Assembly (NCBI GenBank): GCA_028534125.1
Contig: CM052817.1
Coordinates: 9,550,001 to 9,614,000 of the forward strand
Source of the DNA: Lama glama
Lineage: Eukaryota
Length of the DNA: 64,000 bases
Direction of reading: 5' to 3'
Made by a program: the position numbers and the translations under genes. Shown here in pieces: positions 63,421 through 64,000 of the stretch; the first letter of the stretch is position 1; every line of letters starts with the position of its first letter. The notes beneath the pieces were generated by a model that saw only the letters and a program-made list of their open reading frames with translations, ran no database searches and was not told the origin of the DNA.

Positions 63421-64000
63421 TTTTTCATCATGATGTAGCGCGTTTAGGAACACTGGGACTGGGACCAAATCCCAAGCACCCCAGCTCCTAGCTCTGCGGT
63501 CATCATGCCGGTCGCTGATCACGGAGGACCTCAGGGCCTCCATCTTCAAGACCCTGGGTGATAGTAATACCTGTGTCCTAGCCAGGCTGGCGTGAGATGG
63601 ATGAGAAAATGCATTCCACACACGTATCACAAAGCCCGGCGCACGACAGCTGAACAACATTCCATATTTGTGTATAGTTTTAATAATATGGACAAAATAC
63701 ATGCTGCCTCTGAGATGTAGCCCAGGGCAATGGCCTGGGCTTGTAGGAAAGGTTTCTCTGATTGAAGTTGTCAGCGCTGTTGAAAGTTGAGCCCCAAAAT
63801 CAATAGCCATCCATCCATCCAACAAGCCTGTTTCTCAGATCATCAAATTTGCGAGCCTCTTCCCAGTGGTAATTGAATCGCTAAGCGTGTCTGTGCCTGG
63901 ACTAGTCGGGTGTCATTTGTTTTATTCTTAGTTAAGTCGATGTGACAGTCCTGATAGGACCAGCATTTTCACTGTCGGACTTAAAGAAGCCAAGACATGT

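Noticed and set aside
1..64000. CRISPR arrays, operons, retron- or phage-type systems, intact transposase or RT genes
   Set aside because: Mammalian DNA; no regularly spaced repeat-spacer array seen, and all L1 ORFs are broken fragments.

Overview
Mammalian genomic DNA, most likely a camelid (inferred from four copies of a short tRNA-derived SINE and lineage-specific L1 3' ends). Two + strand genes are recognisable. C1QTNF7 (CTRP7) is complete: a 5' non-coding exon ending at 174 and coding exons 8683-8920 and 12410-13041, giving 870 nt = 289 aa plus stop. CC2D2A is present only at its 5' end: a CpG-containing promoter and non-coding exon 1 near 38.0-38.2 kb, then coding exons 43263-43301, 45343-45426 and 47333-47456; the rest lies beyond the window. 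The remainder is intron or intergenic DNA dense in L1, L2, MIR, MaLR/ERVL LTRs, MER2/MER20/MER53 and SINEs, with a 500-N assembly gap at 19098-19597. I found no convincing new biological system. The best leads are a 104-codon out-of-frame upstream ORF spanning three C1QTNF7 exons and overlapping the main ATG, two candidate cryptic CC2D2A exons (one poison cassette, one in-frame terminal exon), RFX-like half-sites at the CC2D2A promoter, a candidate intergenic CTCF site, and two L1 twin-priming inversions. Repeat subfamily names and repeat boundaries are by eye and approximate.
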